Positions 27,391-41,520 of a DNA stretch of 64,000 nt are shown here, piece after piece. The translations under genes and the position numbers were made by a program. Within the stretch, counting starts at the first letter, position 1, and every line of letters starts with the position of its first letter. Below the pieces are notes generated by a model. That model saw only the letters and a program-made list of their open reading frames with translations, made no database searches and was not told the DNA's origin. The stretch lies in assembly GCF_009914755.1 (NCBI RefSeq), contig NC_060927.1. One strand, given 5' to 3'. Source of the stretch: the human T2T-CHM13v2.0 reference genome, Homo sapiens.

Positions 27391-29459
27391 ATGTCATGCC
27401 AGTAAAAAATTAAATCACAGAATTATATTTACATTGGCAGCCTTGCATAAATACCACGTTAACCCACAAGCTTTTTTTTTTTTCTTTTCTGGAATTAACA
27501 TGCAAAAAATAAAGGGCAAGAATTTGGGGGATTCCTTGGTTTTAACATTTACTGCTTCAACTTACCTTTTTGAAGTAACGTCCACTTAACAAATCTCTAG
27601 TTACCTCAACACAATTAAAACTCACAATCACTGATCAAAAATTAACATAGTTTGTGTGAGAACATCACACAACACATCAGACCTCTCTAGGAGCATCACC
27701 CGCAGAGCTGTTAATGAACAAGCATCGAAGAACATGCCTTGACCTTGTTTCTCTAGATAGAGGGGAAAGAGTACAACACAAAGAGGACAAGAGTAAAAGT
27801 TAACCAAGCCAAGCTAGATTTAGAGAAGTTATACATAAATGCAACTTTCTGAGAAATAGTGAATGATGCAATGACCATATCAGGGAAACTATATTCATCA
27901 TTCAAATAGCCAAAAAAGCCCTAAGAATTCTATCTCATTGCACAAATACAGAGACAATAATAGACAGTCAGATATGTGTATGTGTTTCATCCCCCAAACT
28001 GCTACACATTATAGCTGCAGGCAAGGCAATTTAGTGGTTGAGAACTGCAAACTTGTGTCACTCTAACCCTAATACCTAATACCTGCAGAGAACTCAGATT
28101 TCAATGTGTATTACTAATATAATGCTCTCACAAATTAGACAATGTTTAAATTGTTTATGTTTTTATTTTTCTTCATGAAAGAAGGCTATGATACTGTTAC
28201 TCTAATATTTAAATATTAAAAAAACTACATTATAAGAGTTGTAAGTGGAAAAGTAAGGAAGTAAACACTTCAGTATAAAAGATGAAAGAAATCCAGAAGA
28301 CCAGAATATGTCCACAAATACACTAAAAATAAAGCAATTTTTAAATAACTATGTATTGGTGGTGCACAGAATCAATTCTCTGGACAATATCTCTACTATA
28401 TTTAATGGAAGACCTGTTTGGGGACATTGAATGTCAAATTATCTTCTCTTAAATATTCCTCACCTGATATAAATTACCACCATCTTAGTTCAGAGAACTG
28501 TGCTTTTGAATAAACTATGGATTTTCTTCCTTATGTTCTCTCAATACCAATGATAATAGACAGGAAAATATATACCATATGTTTCTGTTAATTAAGCTTC
28601 CTCGCTTATAATCCATTCCAAGAACTGAAGGAAAATATCAATTCGGGAGTCTCCAGATATTATTAATTAATGGTTAAATCGTTTCTATTACTCTAATAAA
28701 TATGATTTTTTATTTGAAAGAGCTCCTTTATTTAAGAATTTGTTAACATATAATAGATTCTCCCTTGATAATAATGATAACCAAACTAGAGCATGGGGAA
28801 TTTCACCAAAATTACTTGTAATTTTTTAGCAAATTTGAACCAAAATACCATTATCCCAATTCATAAATTGATATATAATTAATTGGTATTATTACTGAGT
28901 ATTTGGGCATGCTCGAAAGAGAAAAAGGTGATTAGAATTCTGAGTTCTACCTATTCCTATGCTTATTACATTTGCTTGGTGGAAAATTGAGCACCAGTGG
29001 ATATTTGTATTAAATGAAGAGCCACGCACTCTTGAGTCACTCTTCCCTTCATTGGGAGGTGTAGTAGGGTCCCTGGAGCAACACTGAGAATTTTGACACA
29101 TGTAGAACAAACACTTGTTGCTTTTTGTGGCCCAGCTTGGTCTGAAGGGACTCAGGCACACTATGCCCTTGGATGGTCATAACAAAGCTGAACAACAGAT
29201 TAGTCGCAAATTTGATCACTGAGACACTGACTCTCAAAATATTAATTGAATGCCTTCTGTGAACCTAGCTCTCCATATTAGCAAAAGTTGTCTGGTGTGA
29301 GTACTGTTTTTATAATGCCTCCATGGCAGAACTGAACACCAGGTCCTGGGTACATACTGTGGCCACACATATCAATAAATGTTTGAAAAACTAAAAATAA
29401 CAAGTTTTGGTTAGATTTTTAGAAAGAGAGCATAGATTAGTGGAATGAAATTTCTTTTA

Positions 29460-29710
29460 AAAGAGTCAGTATGGCTTACTGGTTAAACAATCTTTGGATT
29501 AGACAACCTGGATCCCCAAGCTGACTCTGCCACATATAATCTTCAATAATTCAGTGAATATCTCTACACATCACTTTCTTGTGAAGAAGAATAAACCTCC
29601 TGTGTATAATACAGGTGGAAAATAAATTAGATGCTATATATGAAACAATTCACACCTAGGATGAGGCTGGCATATGATAAGCATGTAATAAATATTAGCC
29701 ACTATGATTA
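29460..29710 (+). mobile_element. MIR
   Basis: Degenerate MIR 5' end and core, ending AAATATTAGCCACTAT. Confidence 0.55.
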
Positions 29711-29829
29711 GGTTCCAAGTAATACGCATTAAAGGATATGGAGAATTAGCACAGACAGAGGAACAAAGGAAAGGCATTTCAGGCGGTGGCCAGAGTATTA
29801 TTAAAGACTTAGAATAAAGAAATTCTTTG

Positions 29830-30310
29830 CATGCCCTTCATCACCCTGTATGATCTATTTGCTACCCAGCTCTCTGAGGTCCTTTCAAGCCATCTCAACT
29901 ACCTTCATTGTAACTGAGCTACTTTGGCATTCATTCTGTTGAACACGCTCAGAATATCCTCATCTCCAGACTGTCACACACATTCTCTTCAACTTCTCCT
30001 GTCTAAACCATGTTCATACTTCAGGTTTTTGCTTAATGTCTCTTCTTCTGGAAAGCCTTTGCTGAAACATAAATTAACCCCAAATGCAGTGCCTTCTATT
30101 TATTTAAATTCTCACTGCATTCCGAAAAACAAAATCACAGTTAGGAACATATCCGTGTAATTTTTAAAAACATTTTGGTTCTTCTACTGAACTGTGAATC
30201 CCATGGGCATAAGAACTGTATCTGTGTTATACACCAGTATAACCTCAGAGCCTAAAATAACATCTAACAGAGTAAAGAGTCACTGTATACCGCTAATATG
30301 TGAATGAATA
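29830..30310 (+). mobile_element. L2 3' region
   Basis: L2 motifs (TCTTCTGGAAAGCCTTT, ACTGTGAATCCCATGGG) and terminal TGAATGAAT. Confidence 0.6.
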
Positions 30311-33300
30311 CACAGATGCGTGTGCAATAAGTCTTCAATCTTTTCCAATGTAATTTGGAGATTGACTTAGGTAAAATAAAGTGTTTAAGTTGTAAAATAA
30401 TATCATATAAGCTACATAGAATCAATTGACAGAGAGCCTTGATTATTAGTCTAATTAATTAGTTTGTAAGAAAAAGTAAAGTTTTTTATCTTTTATTGTT
30501 TATTTGATTCACGTAGCTTTGTGTAACATTGGTTGTGCAGTTTTATATCTGTCCTCATGTACCCTACCAAATCCTTCCATTCATGAATATATCTTGTTAT
30601 TCTTTAGAAGGTGGATTCAATGTCTTCATATCAAATATTTTCCCAACCACATGACAATCTGTGCTGAAATTATTGGTATTAAGGTAATTTCCTTTTTTCT
30701 CAACACCAGCTGTCCCTCAATGCACATTCAAAACTAGCATCACACTTATGAAGTAGCTGGGGCTTCTCCAACTCGAAATGACCTAGACTTCATATTTATA
30801 CCTTATCAAAGGAGATAAATGTAATAATGCTTTTAAAACAAAACTCTATGTGAACCATTTTTTTAATTTCTTCTTTCTTACATACTTTTATATCTTTTCA
30901 CTTTATAGGCTCTTGGTTCATATTAACTAAACACTTATCTATCAAATATTTGCTGATCCCATCATTTAGCAGGCCCAAGGTTAGCATTAGAGATACAAAA
31001 AGAAGAAATAAATAATATTTGTTTTTTACAATGTCCACAGGCATATGACAAAAACAGACAATAATATTTTATTAAAATATAATGGCTATGCAAAAGTATG
31101 CACACTATTTATGAATATCTAGCATCCCTGGGGAAATAGGGGAAAAATTTAAAAGTACTTTGAGAATATAGATCATAGTCCATCATGCTATTTTACTAAA
31201 TATTCTTCTCCCTGTGTCCTCGCATATTCTATTTTTTTTTTTTTTTTACTGACATGGAAACATAACAGACATTAATTAAATTTTTTTAGTAACTAACAAC
31301 AAAATCATGTGCATATGTTATTTTAAGAACACAAAAACAAAATTAATAAGATTATCTATTTGAGAAACATTATCTGTAAAATTAAACACATATTTTTAAA
31401 AAATGATCTTTATTTGTTCTACTATTAATACTTATTGATCAAAAAACAGTTACTCTAAAAAGATCATTTAATATTTTAATCTTTAGAACTTTGAAATGGA
31501 CAAGAAACATAAAGCTGTTTTCATAAAAATGCATCCCAATGCTATAAAATTATGAATAAATTAAAGAATGCATTAAAGCAGATACCTTAATCTTACTCTA
31601 TAGATAATTATTTCTTTTGTACGTATCTTTTAGCACTGCGTTTTTTAAGTAAACGTTTTTCACTTTAAATTCATCAAACTGAGTCTCAAATGATTTAGAA
31701 TAAAGAAAGTTTGAGCACAGACAGGACAGCTGAACAAAAACATAAATTTCCCCAAATATTATGACCTGCCTTTAGGCAGAGAACAAAGTTATAACAGCCT
31801 AAGGCCCCTCATTCAAGAATTATTCTTTGTACAAATAAATTCAAACAGAGAATCCTTCACTTTCCTAATATTCTTGGGAATTCTCATTCTTCTCCCTTAC
31901 TCCTGCCAACAGCAGATCTCACTTGCTACCTAAAATTTTCTCCTCACCGATCCATGCCTCATCCACACAAAATTTCCTGGAACTATTACAGCAAGGTAAT
32001 AGTACCCTTACAGCAAGGGTAAGGTTCTCCATGGTTGAAATGATAATGCTAAAAGATGAATCAAGAGACTAAAAACAAAATCCCTTTACTCTTACTGACC
32101 TCAGCTCTTCCATCAATGGCATGTTTCTGTGCTTCCCCTTTCATCGTCCTGAGCTTGTGAGTGATGTTGAGTGCCAGAGACAGAATTTTTAAAAAAGGCA
32201 TTGTTAAACTCATTGCTCAGTCATCTGTTTCTCAAGCCCAAAATCTGAGAAACTGAGGAATAAGGTCGAAGAGGTCTCATTTTATAAATCTGATTGTAAA
32301 TGCAAAACACTATTTAATTCATTACTTGTTAATTGACAGTATTTAGGCTCACCCAGGGATATTTTAGGTTTATGCTTACTAGGATTATAGGGAGTTTAGA
32401 AAAGTGATACTTCTAATGGTTAAGGTGAAGCATACCTATTTTTCCTGTTTTATATTTGCTAGCTCTTCTAAGAGTAAAGGGATACTTTATTTTAAAATAG
32501 TGAGATCTCCAGGTAACAACTGAAATTTGAGCTTTCGTATTTATAAAGGTCATGAATATTTGCCAATTGGTGAATTTAATCAGATTTTAAAGTTAATTGA
32601 AAACCTACATTATAGAGGCATAAAATTTAATCAGCACCCTTCTATCTATTTGTCGTATACATTCTTTTAGTCAGTTTCAGATTTTGAATTGGACCAAGTT
32701 GTAGACCTTTGTTTCAGTTTTTTGTTTTTAGGTAATTACCAGATATAATTTGAGGAATTTTTCTATATCCTCCTGATATTTATAAATGTCTTCCTCCAGA
32801 GAGTTTCAGATCAGTATGTAAGTATTCAGGACCTCCCTCAAGGCAATGGTAGCTTTGTGGGTTTTAAGGGCTCATAGCTGAAGTCAGGCTTGAATTGACC
32901 CCTTTGCTTTGTCACAAGTGTGTCATCGGTGTTTTTTCCTATATCCCTGAGTATAAAGATTTTTTACTTTTATGTCTATTTTTTGCAACAGAGGCAAAAG
33001 GGCCTAAGGCACATCGTCTACTTAGGAGTGTGGCCCTCCACAGGTTACACACTACTACCAATGGGCCTTCATTCTTTCTCCTGAGCATTCGATAGAATGG
33101 GAGTCAGTGCCAGGTTGAGACACAATCAATTATTACAGGGAAAGAGTCATTCCCTTGTGCCTACTGTTAGTCACGGTTTATGCTGGACTTGAGACACACA
33201 GATATTTCCCAGCCAAGACACAGGGACTACAGTCATTTTAGGAGAGTTCTAATTCCATACTACTCTCTTTAAATGTGTATTATCAAAACTTTCAACCTGG

Positions 33301-33311
33301 GTCAGTTAAAT

Positions 33312-33972
33312 CTTTACACTGTTGGTGGAAATGTAAATTAGTTCAACCATTGTGGAAGACAGTGTGGCAATTCCTTAAGGATCTAGAACCAGTAATATCA
33401 TTTGACTCAGCAATCCCATTACTGGGTATATGCCCAAAGGATTATAAATCATTCTACTATAAGACATATGTACATGTTTTATTGCGGCACTATTTACAAC
33501 AGCAAAAACATGGAATTCAACCCAAATGCCCATCAATGATAGACTGGATAAACAAAATATGGTACATATACACCATAGAATACTGTGCAACCATAAAAAG
33601 AAATGAGATCATGTCCTTTGTAGGGACATGGATGAAGCTGGAAACCATCATATTTAGCAAATGAATACAGGAACAGAAAATCAAACACCACATGTTCTTA
33701 CTCATAAGCAGAGGTTGAACAATGAGAACACATGGACACGGGGAGGGGACCAACATACACCAGGGTCAGATGGGGGGTGGGGAGTGAGGGAAGGGAGAGC
33801 ATTAGGACAAATAGCTAATGCATGTGGGTCTTAAAACCTAGATGACGGGTTGATAGGTATAGCAAACCACCATGGCACATGTATACCTATGTAGTAAACC
33901 TGCATGTTCTGTGCTTGTATCCCAGAGATTGAAGTAAATTTTTTACAAAAATTAAAAATGTTGAAAAAAAAT
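33312..33972 (+). mobile_element. L1PA8-like 5'-truncated LINE-1
   Basis: ORF 33275-33664 contains ORF2p C-terminal [18 protein letters not shown]; L1PA 3' UTR; A-rich tail. Confidence 0.9.
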
Positions 33973-34189
33973 GTTAACTTGGAAATAACCAAAAATACAA
34001 ACAAACAAACAAACAAAAATCTATAAGAATAACTTATGCACAGAACAGCAGGGCTCAAAGCTAACACTAGCCAGCAGCCAACAGCTCCGTGTGCATGCTT
34101 GCCAGCAGGCAACAAAACCAATTAGCAAGCACTGGAAGAAAGACAACCCCCTTACAGATTGCGGTGATACTGGTCATTGTTTGGACATC

Positions 34190-34609
34190 CTTCTCACACC
34201 CCACAGAAGTTGGATGGATCTCCACACACCTAACTTTTGGTTAAGGTTTGTAACTGATTATGCCACATCTACATCAACAGGTTATGAAACGCTTTATAAC
34301 TAACATAAAGAAGCTTTCTACAACAGGCAGGGCAACCTCCCACACAGGTCCAAAAACAGTGTCTTAAGAAAGCAGAGAAAGGAGATTGGCTTGACTTTTA
34401 TTATGATTAGTAGATGGGTCTAGGGTGAGGGTTCTCATGAATGAGATAGGGCTTGCATGGTTTGAAATTCCTGCCCTTGCCAAAGAAGAGAGCACCTAGT
34501 CTTTCTGATCAGCTTGACCATCTGTGAAGTAGAGGAGAAAGGAGAGTGGTAGGGGTTGAACACTGTCAGCACTCAGACATCAAAAATGAACTCAGAGTCT
34601 TTATTAACA
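34190..34609 (-). mobile_element. LTR47-like ERVL LTR
   Basis: Reverse complement begins TGTTAATAAAGACTCTGAGTTCATTTTTGATGTCTGAGTGCTGACAG, matching recalled LTR47; family name tentative. Confidence 0.55.
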
Positions 34610-34995
34610 TTTCAAGTGAATTTCCTACTTCAAGGTCTTTGAAACTACTAGTTCCTTTCCCATGAGTTATCCTTCAACCGATCAAAATGTAACAAGATGT
34701 TGATGATTTCTTCCACTGTTCTAAAATCATGGCTTAAGCTGATGCTATAGAGCCTTAAGTACTTCATGAGAGAGATGCAAACCATCAAAATAATTGAGAG
34801 GTATAAGTCAGGGAATGGACTGTGTCATCTCTACTTATCCTTATTGATTACTGTGGGATGAAAATCAGAAAACAAGGCTAGCTGACATTTCAGAGAGTTC
34901 CCTGTTCATGGAAAGTGAGCCATCACTTAGAAGACATGGAAAGGGGCTCTGTGAGATTCCTCTGTAAAGACTGGTAGAAGAAAAAAATAATTCTT

Positions 34996-35859
34996 TTTTT
35001 TTATTTCCAATAATTTATTTTTATTTTATTTATTTTTTTATTTTATTATTATTATACTTTAAGTTTTAGGGTACATGTGCACAATGTGCAGGTTAGTTAC
35101 ATATGTATACATGTGCCATGTTGGTGTGCTGCACCCACTAACTCGTCATTTAGCATTAGGTATATCTCCTAAAGCTATCCCTCCCCCCTCCCCCCACCCC
35201 ACAACAGTCCCCAGAGTGTGATGTTTCCCTTCCTGTGTCCATGTGTTCTCATTGTTCAATTCCCACCTATGAGTGAGAATATGCGGTGTTTGGGTTTTTG
35301 TTCTTGCGATAGTTTACTGAGAATGATGATTTCCAATTTCATCCATGTCCCTACAAAGGACATGAACTCATCATTTTTTAGGACTGCATAGTATTCCATG
35401 GTGTATATGTGCCACATTTTCTTAATCCAGTCTATCATTGTTGGACGTTTGGGTTGTTTCCAAGTCTTTGCTATTGTGAATAGTGCCGCAATAAACATAC
35501 GTGTGCATGTGTCTTTATAGCAGCATGATTTATAGTCCTTTGGGTATATGCCCAGTAATGGGATGGCTGGGTCAAATGGTATTTCTAGTTCTAGATCCCT
35601 GAGGAATCGCCACACTGACTTCCACAATGGTTGAACTAGTTTACAGTCCCACCAACAGTGTAAAAGTGTTCCTATTTTTCCACATCCTCTCCAGCACCTG
35701 CTGTTTCCTGACTTTTTAATGATTGCCATTCTAACTGGTGTGAGATGGTATCTCATTGTGATTTTGATTTGCATTTCTCTGACGGCCAGTGATGGTGAGC
35801 ATTTTTTCATGTGTTTTTTGGCTGCATAAATGTCTTCTTTTGAGAAGTGTCTGTTCATG
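34996..35859 (-). mobile_element. L1PA3-like 5'-truncated LINE-1
   Basis: ORF 35256-35858 is the uninterrupted last 200 aa of ORF2p; perfect 17-bp TSD AGAAAAAAATAATTCTT (34979-34995, 35860-35876). Confidence 0.97.
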
Positions 35860-37334
35860 AGAAAAAAATAATTCTTATTCTTTGTTTATGCATCTGCCTA
35901 GAAAGAGGACTTAATGATATGCTCCTGTGCTAAACAGAAAAATAAAAAGGAGAATTTGGAGAACAGAGGGAGATAGACAGCGGCAAGACATAAAGGGAGC
36001 TAGAATCAGCTCCTTTAAGTGAATAAGAGAAGCATTCTGCAGGGATCCATCATCATAGAAGGACAGACAAAACTGAAAGAGAGTTTGGTCATTTCACATC
36101 CAGATTTGGGGAGTGAAGGGAGAAAAGAGATATGGGCATTAGAATAATACACTATAAAAGTCATCAGCTAAAGGTCAGCTAAGACATGAATCCAAACCAA
36201 GATGTTCAAAATGCCTAGAGGAGCTGCACAGAAATGAACACCTTATCAGCATGATGTGTTAAAATTCCCAAACAACAACAACAAAAAATAGTTCTTACAG
36301 TCCAGCAAGGAAAAGATGTATATCCTGCCCAGGAGAATTAAGAAGACATTGAATAGTTTAATGTGTAGCAAGCAAGTCAAAGTCTTAAATGGGAAAGTCA
36401 GATGATTCCAGCAACTAAAATAGACCAAAGAAGTTCTTGAATCTGTTCTTTTTGTGACCTGTTATTTAGGAGAAAATTTCATTAAAAAGGTGGCATCTGA
36501 GTATAGCTATGAAAACATAAAACTTAAACAAAATGATTCCAAATTTATTCACATAACTGGATCCTTCTCAGGCTTCAGCTCTTGGGCTATGTGTTTTGTC
36601 TCTATAGGGTTATCTCTGACCACTGTAATTAAGTGTTTTGTATCTGCCGTCATGGGTAGTTGAGTTGAGAAGGTATAATACACAAATGGATTCTGAAACT
36701 ACGGCTTTCTCTCTTTTATACACCTGTGTACACATGCACATGCACAGGTGCATGCACACACGCACGCACACACACACACAGTTGCATACAGTTATCCAAA
36801 TATGTGTATTATAGGAGATGTGATCATCCTTAACCATGGGGGGTTTATAGAGTAAGAAAAGTAGAAGTCTACAGTCTGAATGAACATTGAGAAAAATCAA
36901 CATTTGTTAAAGAACTTCTCATAGAGAAATGAGAGGAGGCAGAGTTAAGAAGTTACAAGTTGAATCAGAATAAGATAGAGTCAAGTTCAAAGAAAAGTGA
37001 AGAAGGGAAGAGTAATCCAGAGTGTCAAATCCAGCAAAAAGTTCTTCTGAGATAAATACTAAGACATTCCATTGCATGTAGCTTTTCACAGATCTAATTA
37101 TCTAACAAGAGACATTTGATTAAAAATTTGAGATAAGGAGTTTGACTAGTAAATGGGAATGGAAAAATGTTGTTGAATACCAGTCAGGAGGATGTATGAA
37201 TGTCCTATACATGGGGAAAAAATTTTAAGCTATATATCAATAGAAACTTAAACAAGTGAAAAATACTTTCTCTAAGCTTTTAAAGATCTCAGGTGAAAAA
37301 TGTCATGTTAGCAAAATATTTCATTAGAAAAATT

Positions 37335-37730
37335 GGATATTGGTTTGGCTCTGTGTCTCCACCCAAATCTTACATCAGATTGTAATTCCCCATGTTGGGG
37401 GATGGACCTGGTGGGAGGTGATTGGATCATGGGGGCAGACTTCCCCCTTCCTATTCTCATGATACTGAGTTCTCATGAGATCTGGTGGTTTAAAAGTGTG
37501 TAGCACCTCCCACTTTGTGCTCTCTCTCTCTCTCTCTCTCTCTCTCGCTCTCTGCCACCTGAAGAAGTGCTTACTTCCCTTTCACCTTCTGATGATGGTA
37601 TGTTTCTGGAGGCCTCCCAGCCATGCTTCCCATATGGCTTTCAGAAGTGTGAGTCAATTAAACCTCTTTTCTTCATAAATTACCCAGTCTCAGGTAGTTC
37701 TTTGTAGCAGCGTGAGAAAGGACTAATACA
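37335..37730 (+). mobile_element. MSTA/THE1D-like solo LTR with internal (CT)n
   Basis: TGGTTTGGCTCTGTGTCTCCACCCAAATCT start; GACTAATACA end. Confidence 0.9.
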
Positions 37731-37994
37731 GGTATCTGTTGCATAATTTCCGCAAAAGATCATTTTTGACTGGTTTGCAACTTTTGACATCATCCATTGA
37801 TAATAACTCCAAGAAAGCTATAATGGAATACTGCCTGAGTCATACTCCAGGATTGGGAACTGGCTAGCTGTAGAACTAGTGAAAAGTATTTTTTTTTCTC
37901 TGGATCTCAGTTTATGGATTAGGTTTTTATTAAAATTCTAGATTTTATATTTTATTATACTCACATGTCCAAAAATAATTCCTATTCCTACACA

Positions 37995-38220
37995 GTGCAG
38001 GGAAGCTAGACTGCCTTTACTTATATTCCTGCTCTGCCATATAGAAGCTATGCAACTTTGGGCAATTGGCTTATGCTCCTACTGTCTCAGTTTCCTCATT
38101 AAGTAAATGGAGAAAATTATAATAATAGTCACTTCATAAGGTTATGAGAATAAATATTATATGTAAAGGTTTTCATAGAGTGCCTAGCCTAAGGTAATTG
38201 CTCCATAAATTTTATCTTTC
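37995..38220 (+). mobile_element. MIR
   Basis: Core GTCTCAGTTTCCTCATT...AAATGGAG. Confidence 0.65.
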
Positions 38221-40169
38221 ATTATATTTTAATAACACACACTTATAGAATACTATAAAGTATATATAAACATAAATACATATGAGCTCTTATCTGTGTG
38301 TTTGTGTATACATATAAAGAAAGATAAACACATCTATAGTCCTATTTAGTGTACGTGAACATATATTTCTTTAAAAATATTTAACAAATTTGTACTTTAT
38401 AAAGTTATTTTTCATAAAATCTACATGTGTAAATAGGAAGCTCAAAAAGTAGAATTTCTAGTTGTCCAACATTCTCACAAGAGGGGAAAAAGATTATTTT
38501 CATGACTGGAAAAATACAAGTACTTTTAGACAAATATGTACTGGAAACTATAATCCACTTTCCTTTCCTACCATTGCACTGACAGCATTATGAACCAGAA
38601 AATTGTTTGAGCAGCCACAGATAAGGAATTACAAATCTAGAGGTTCAAGAGTCCTATAAAGCAGATGTAAGGTTAATTTGCATGGTTTAGTTGCCTCCCA
38701 TATTTTTTCAATATATTTCAATGGCTTGAGACTCTGAAAAACTGATAGCAAATAAAAAGGTTTCTATAGGCTGCTAGATTTCATGCTGACTCAGCTGTCT
38801 GAGGGCAAAGCCAATTACTATGGCTTGCATTTCCTTGTGCAGAAACCAGAACATATTCATTGTTAAATAGAGCCATTAAATATTTAGGGGAGGGTGAAAA
38901 GTTTTATGAATTGAGATAATAACAGTGAAAAACTACCAAGGATATTTTTCTCTTAAACAACAAGAAAACACTTTTCTAAGAGTAACTTGAAAATCTCAAG
39001 CATGAAATATGATTTGATTTAATATCCTTTCAATAGTCTTTTTAAATGTTGATTTTTTAGGTTGGTGTATAAGAAAAAAAAAATCCTCTGATATAAAGCT
39101 AAATTTTCTCTTCAGAGTAATAAAAGAACCAATATGGTCTCCTGAACAAAGAACTAACTGAAGAATTGGGATTCTATTTTTGGCTTCACCAGTGACTTGC
39201 TCAGTGACCTTGGACATATCACTTAAATGACTTTGTGCCTCAAGGTTCCCAGCTTTAATATAGAGATTATAATGCCTGCCTCTACTTCATGAGACTGTAG
39301 AACTATTTCAGTTGAGTTTGTTAAAAACCCCAAAAGCTTTGGAAACAATCAGAAATAACTGTGAAATTCAAAGTTGTATTTTATTAATTTCTTTTTACTA
39401 TTTGCTTTTGTTTTCTTGTAGTCTTCTATAATCCTTTTCCTACTAAAACAAATCACTGTGATAAAATTAATAGATGGAGATTTTCATTAGATATTAAAAA
39501 ACGTTTCTAACAGTGAAGTAAAATTAAGAATACACTTCTGAGATCAATTGATATAATTTCTACTCTTCAGTATATTTAAAACTCATGATTCAAAAGATAA
39601 TAATATTGTGATCATGTAACAGAACTTCTAACTAAATTTGTAATTGACAGTTTTTGTCTAATGCTGGGTCTCCTCACAATTTCTCTCTATGATTTCATTC
39701 AATCAATATTGTCTTCTAAGGTCTTTATAAATGCACTGTATTTCATCTCCAAATCCAGAAAACCCATCAATATTGCTCCCAAATGCCGTGCTTTTTCTAG
39801 ATTCCTCTGCATAGCAATTTGCATAAAAAAGTAAAAAATTGTGCTCTCCAAAAAAAAAAAAAAAAAATTTGTCCTCCACCACGAGGTTCTGCATAGTGGG
39901 AGGACTTTAAGTAAAAGAGACATGTTTTAACTTTTTGTACCCTTTTGCAATTTTTTTCTATTTTTGAACCATATACATTTATCAGTTGTTCAAAATTAAT
40001 TAAATATTATTTTTTCAAAGTTGTTCTTCTTAAACTCCAAGTTAGAAGTCCCTACCCCAACCACAGAATTATCTTTTTTGCTCCTCTCTCACAGTATTTC
40101 TTAGAGTCTTGGACTCTATGCCATAAAATCTTGGAATCAAAGAAGACTCAAAATTTTTCACCTACAAAT

Positions 40170-41520
40170 TGGAGGAGCCTCAGTCATCCTTTCTCCTGTC
40201 ATATCACTTTAGTGTATCCTCCACAGTGTTTCCAGAATGCATTTTCTAAAATAAGAATATATGTACAATCAACTCTCCTTCTCTGCTCAAAACAATCTGA
40301 TGGTATCTCCTTTATTCCTAGACAAAAGTTTTAACGTGGCACACTCATCATCTATGATCTTGCACTTTAATACCTTTCAGATCTCTTACAATCCTCAATA
40401 AATACCATATTCATTTCTGCTTCTCTGTCTTTCTATATAATATTCTCTCTGGCTAGATGGACCTTTATCATATACTCATGTGGCTAACAAATTCCAATTT
40501 CACACTCAGTTAAAAAACATTTACCATTCTGAAGCCTGCTCTAAAACTTTGCAAAGATCAATGATACCCAATGTGTTCATGATCATTCAGAGGCATGCAC
40601 AGAGTAGCAAAATATTTGAGTTGCCCCAGGTACATGTCCCCTGCCTACGTCAAACAAGGAGACATTCCACCTTGTTGTTTTAGTCACATACTGCAAGAAA
40701 ATGTTGTTTTTTCTTTTTCAGTCTATTTGGTGTCACATTTTTTTACACATTGTATACATTAAATCTTTACATATTTACATATTGAGTGTATCTATTTTAT
40801 TTGTATCAAAACACTGGCTTCAGCCATATATTTAAGACCTCTTTCATTTCCACAATAGCACATTTTTTACACACATTTCTAACTTTCTGGTCATTTCAGT
40901 TACAAAGTACTTTTCGTTGTTGATATTGCTGTTTAAAAATGACCTCCAAGCATAATGCTAATGTGATGTCTAGTGTTCCCAAGTATAAAAAATCATGATG
41001 TGCCTTTGTGAGAAAATACGTGTTCGATAAGCTGCATGCAGGCATGACTTAGAGTGATACTGGCTGTGGGTTTAATGCTAATGGATCAATTACAAATTAA
41101 ATATGATGTCCTTAAAAACACACACATAAAACACAGTTATGCACTGATAAGTTAATTAAAATGCTATGATCAGAGGCTTTCAGGAACCTAATTCTGTATT
41201 TTCCTTAGGAGCAATGGTTCTCTATTTGAAAACTCAATGTTTGTGGTAACTTTCTAGAACACAACTACCACAAATAATTAGAACTGATTGTATATATTTT
41301 ATTTGTATCCAAACACTACCTACAGTCATATTTTTAAAGACCTCTTTCAATTTCCTAATAGTACATATCTTGCATACGTTTCTAATTTTCTGGTTACTTC
41401 AGTTATAAATAAAAGTGTGGCCAACCTTAAAGCATCAATCAAATGCATCCATTTAATGGTCACCTCCTTATATCCCCAAAATCTAGCCAGATATCTACCT
41501 TAAGAGTGGGAGGAAAGCTG
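40170..41520 (+). mobile_element. L2 fragment hosting a Tigger-family MITE
   Basis: L2 motifs (CTCCTTCTCTGCTCAAAAC, CACACTCAGTTAAAAA) flank the MITE. Confidence 0.55.
40553..41290 (+). mobile_element. MER82-like TcMar-Tigger element with an internal foreign insert
   Basis: Matches recalled MER82 (CAGAGTAGCAAAATATTTGAG..., CCTTAGGAGCAATGGTTC..., AATAATTAGAACTGATTG followed by TA). Confidence 0.75.

Noticed and set aside
28880-29230. Unique segment with an AP-1 site (TGAGTCA) and short minus-strand ORFs; possible exon or enhancer
   Set aside because: A single 7-mer is expected by chance in 64 kb; no recognisable protein similarity or convincing splice context.
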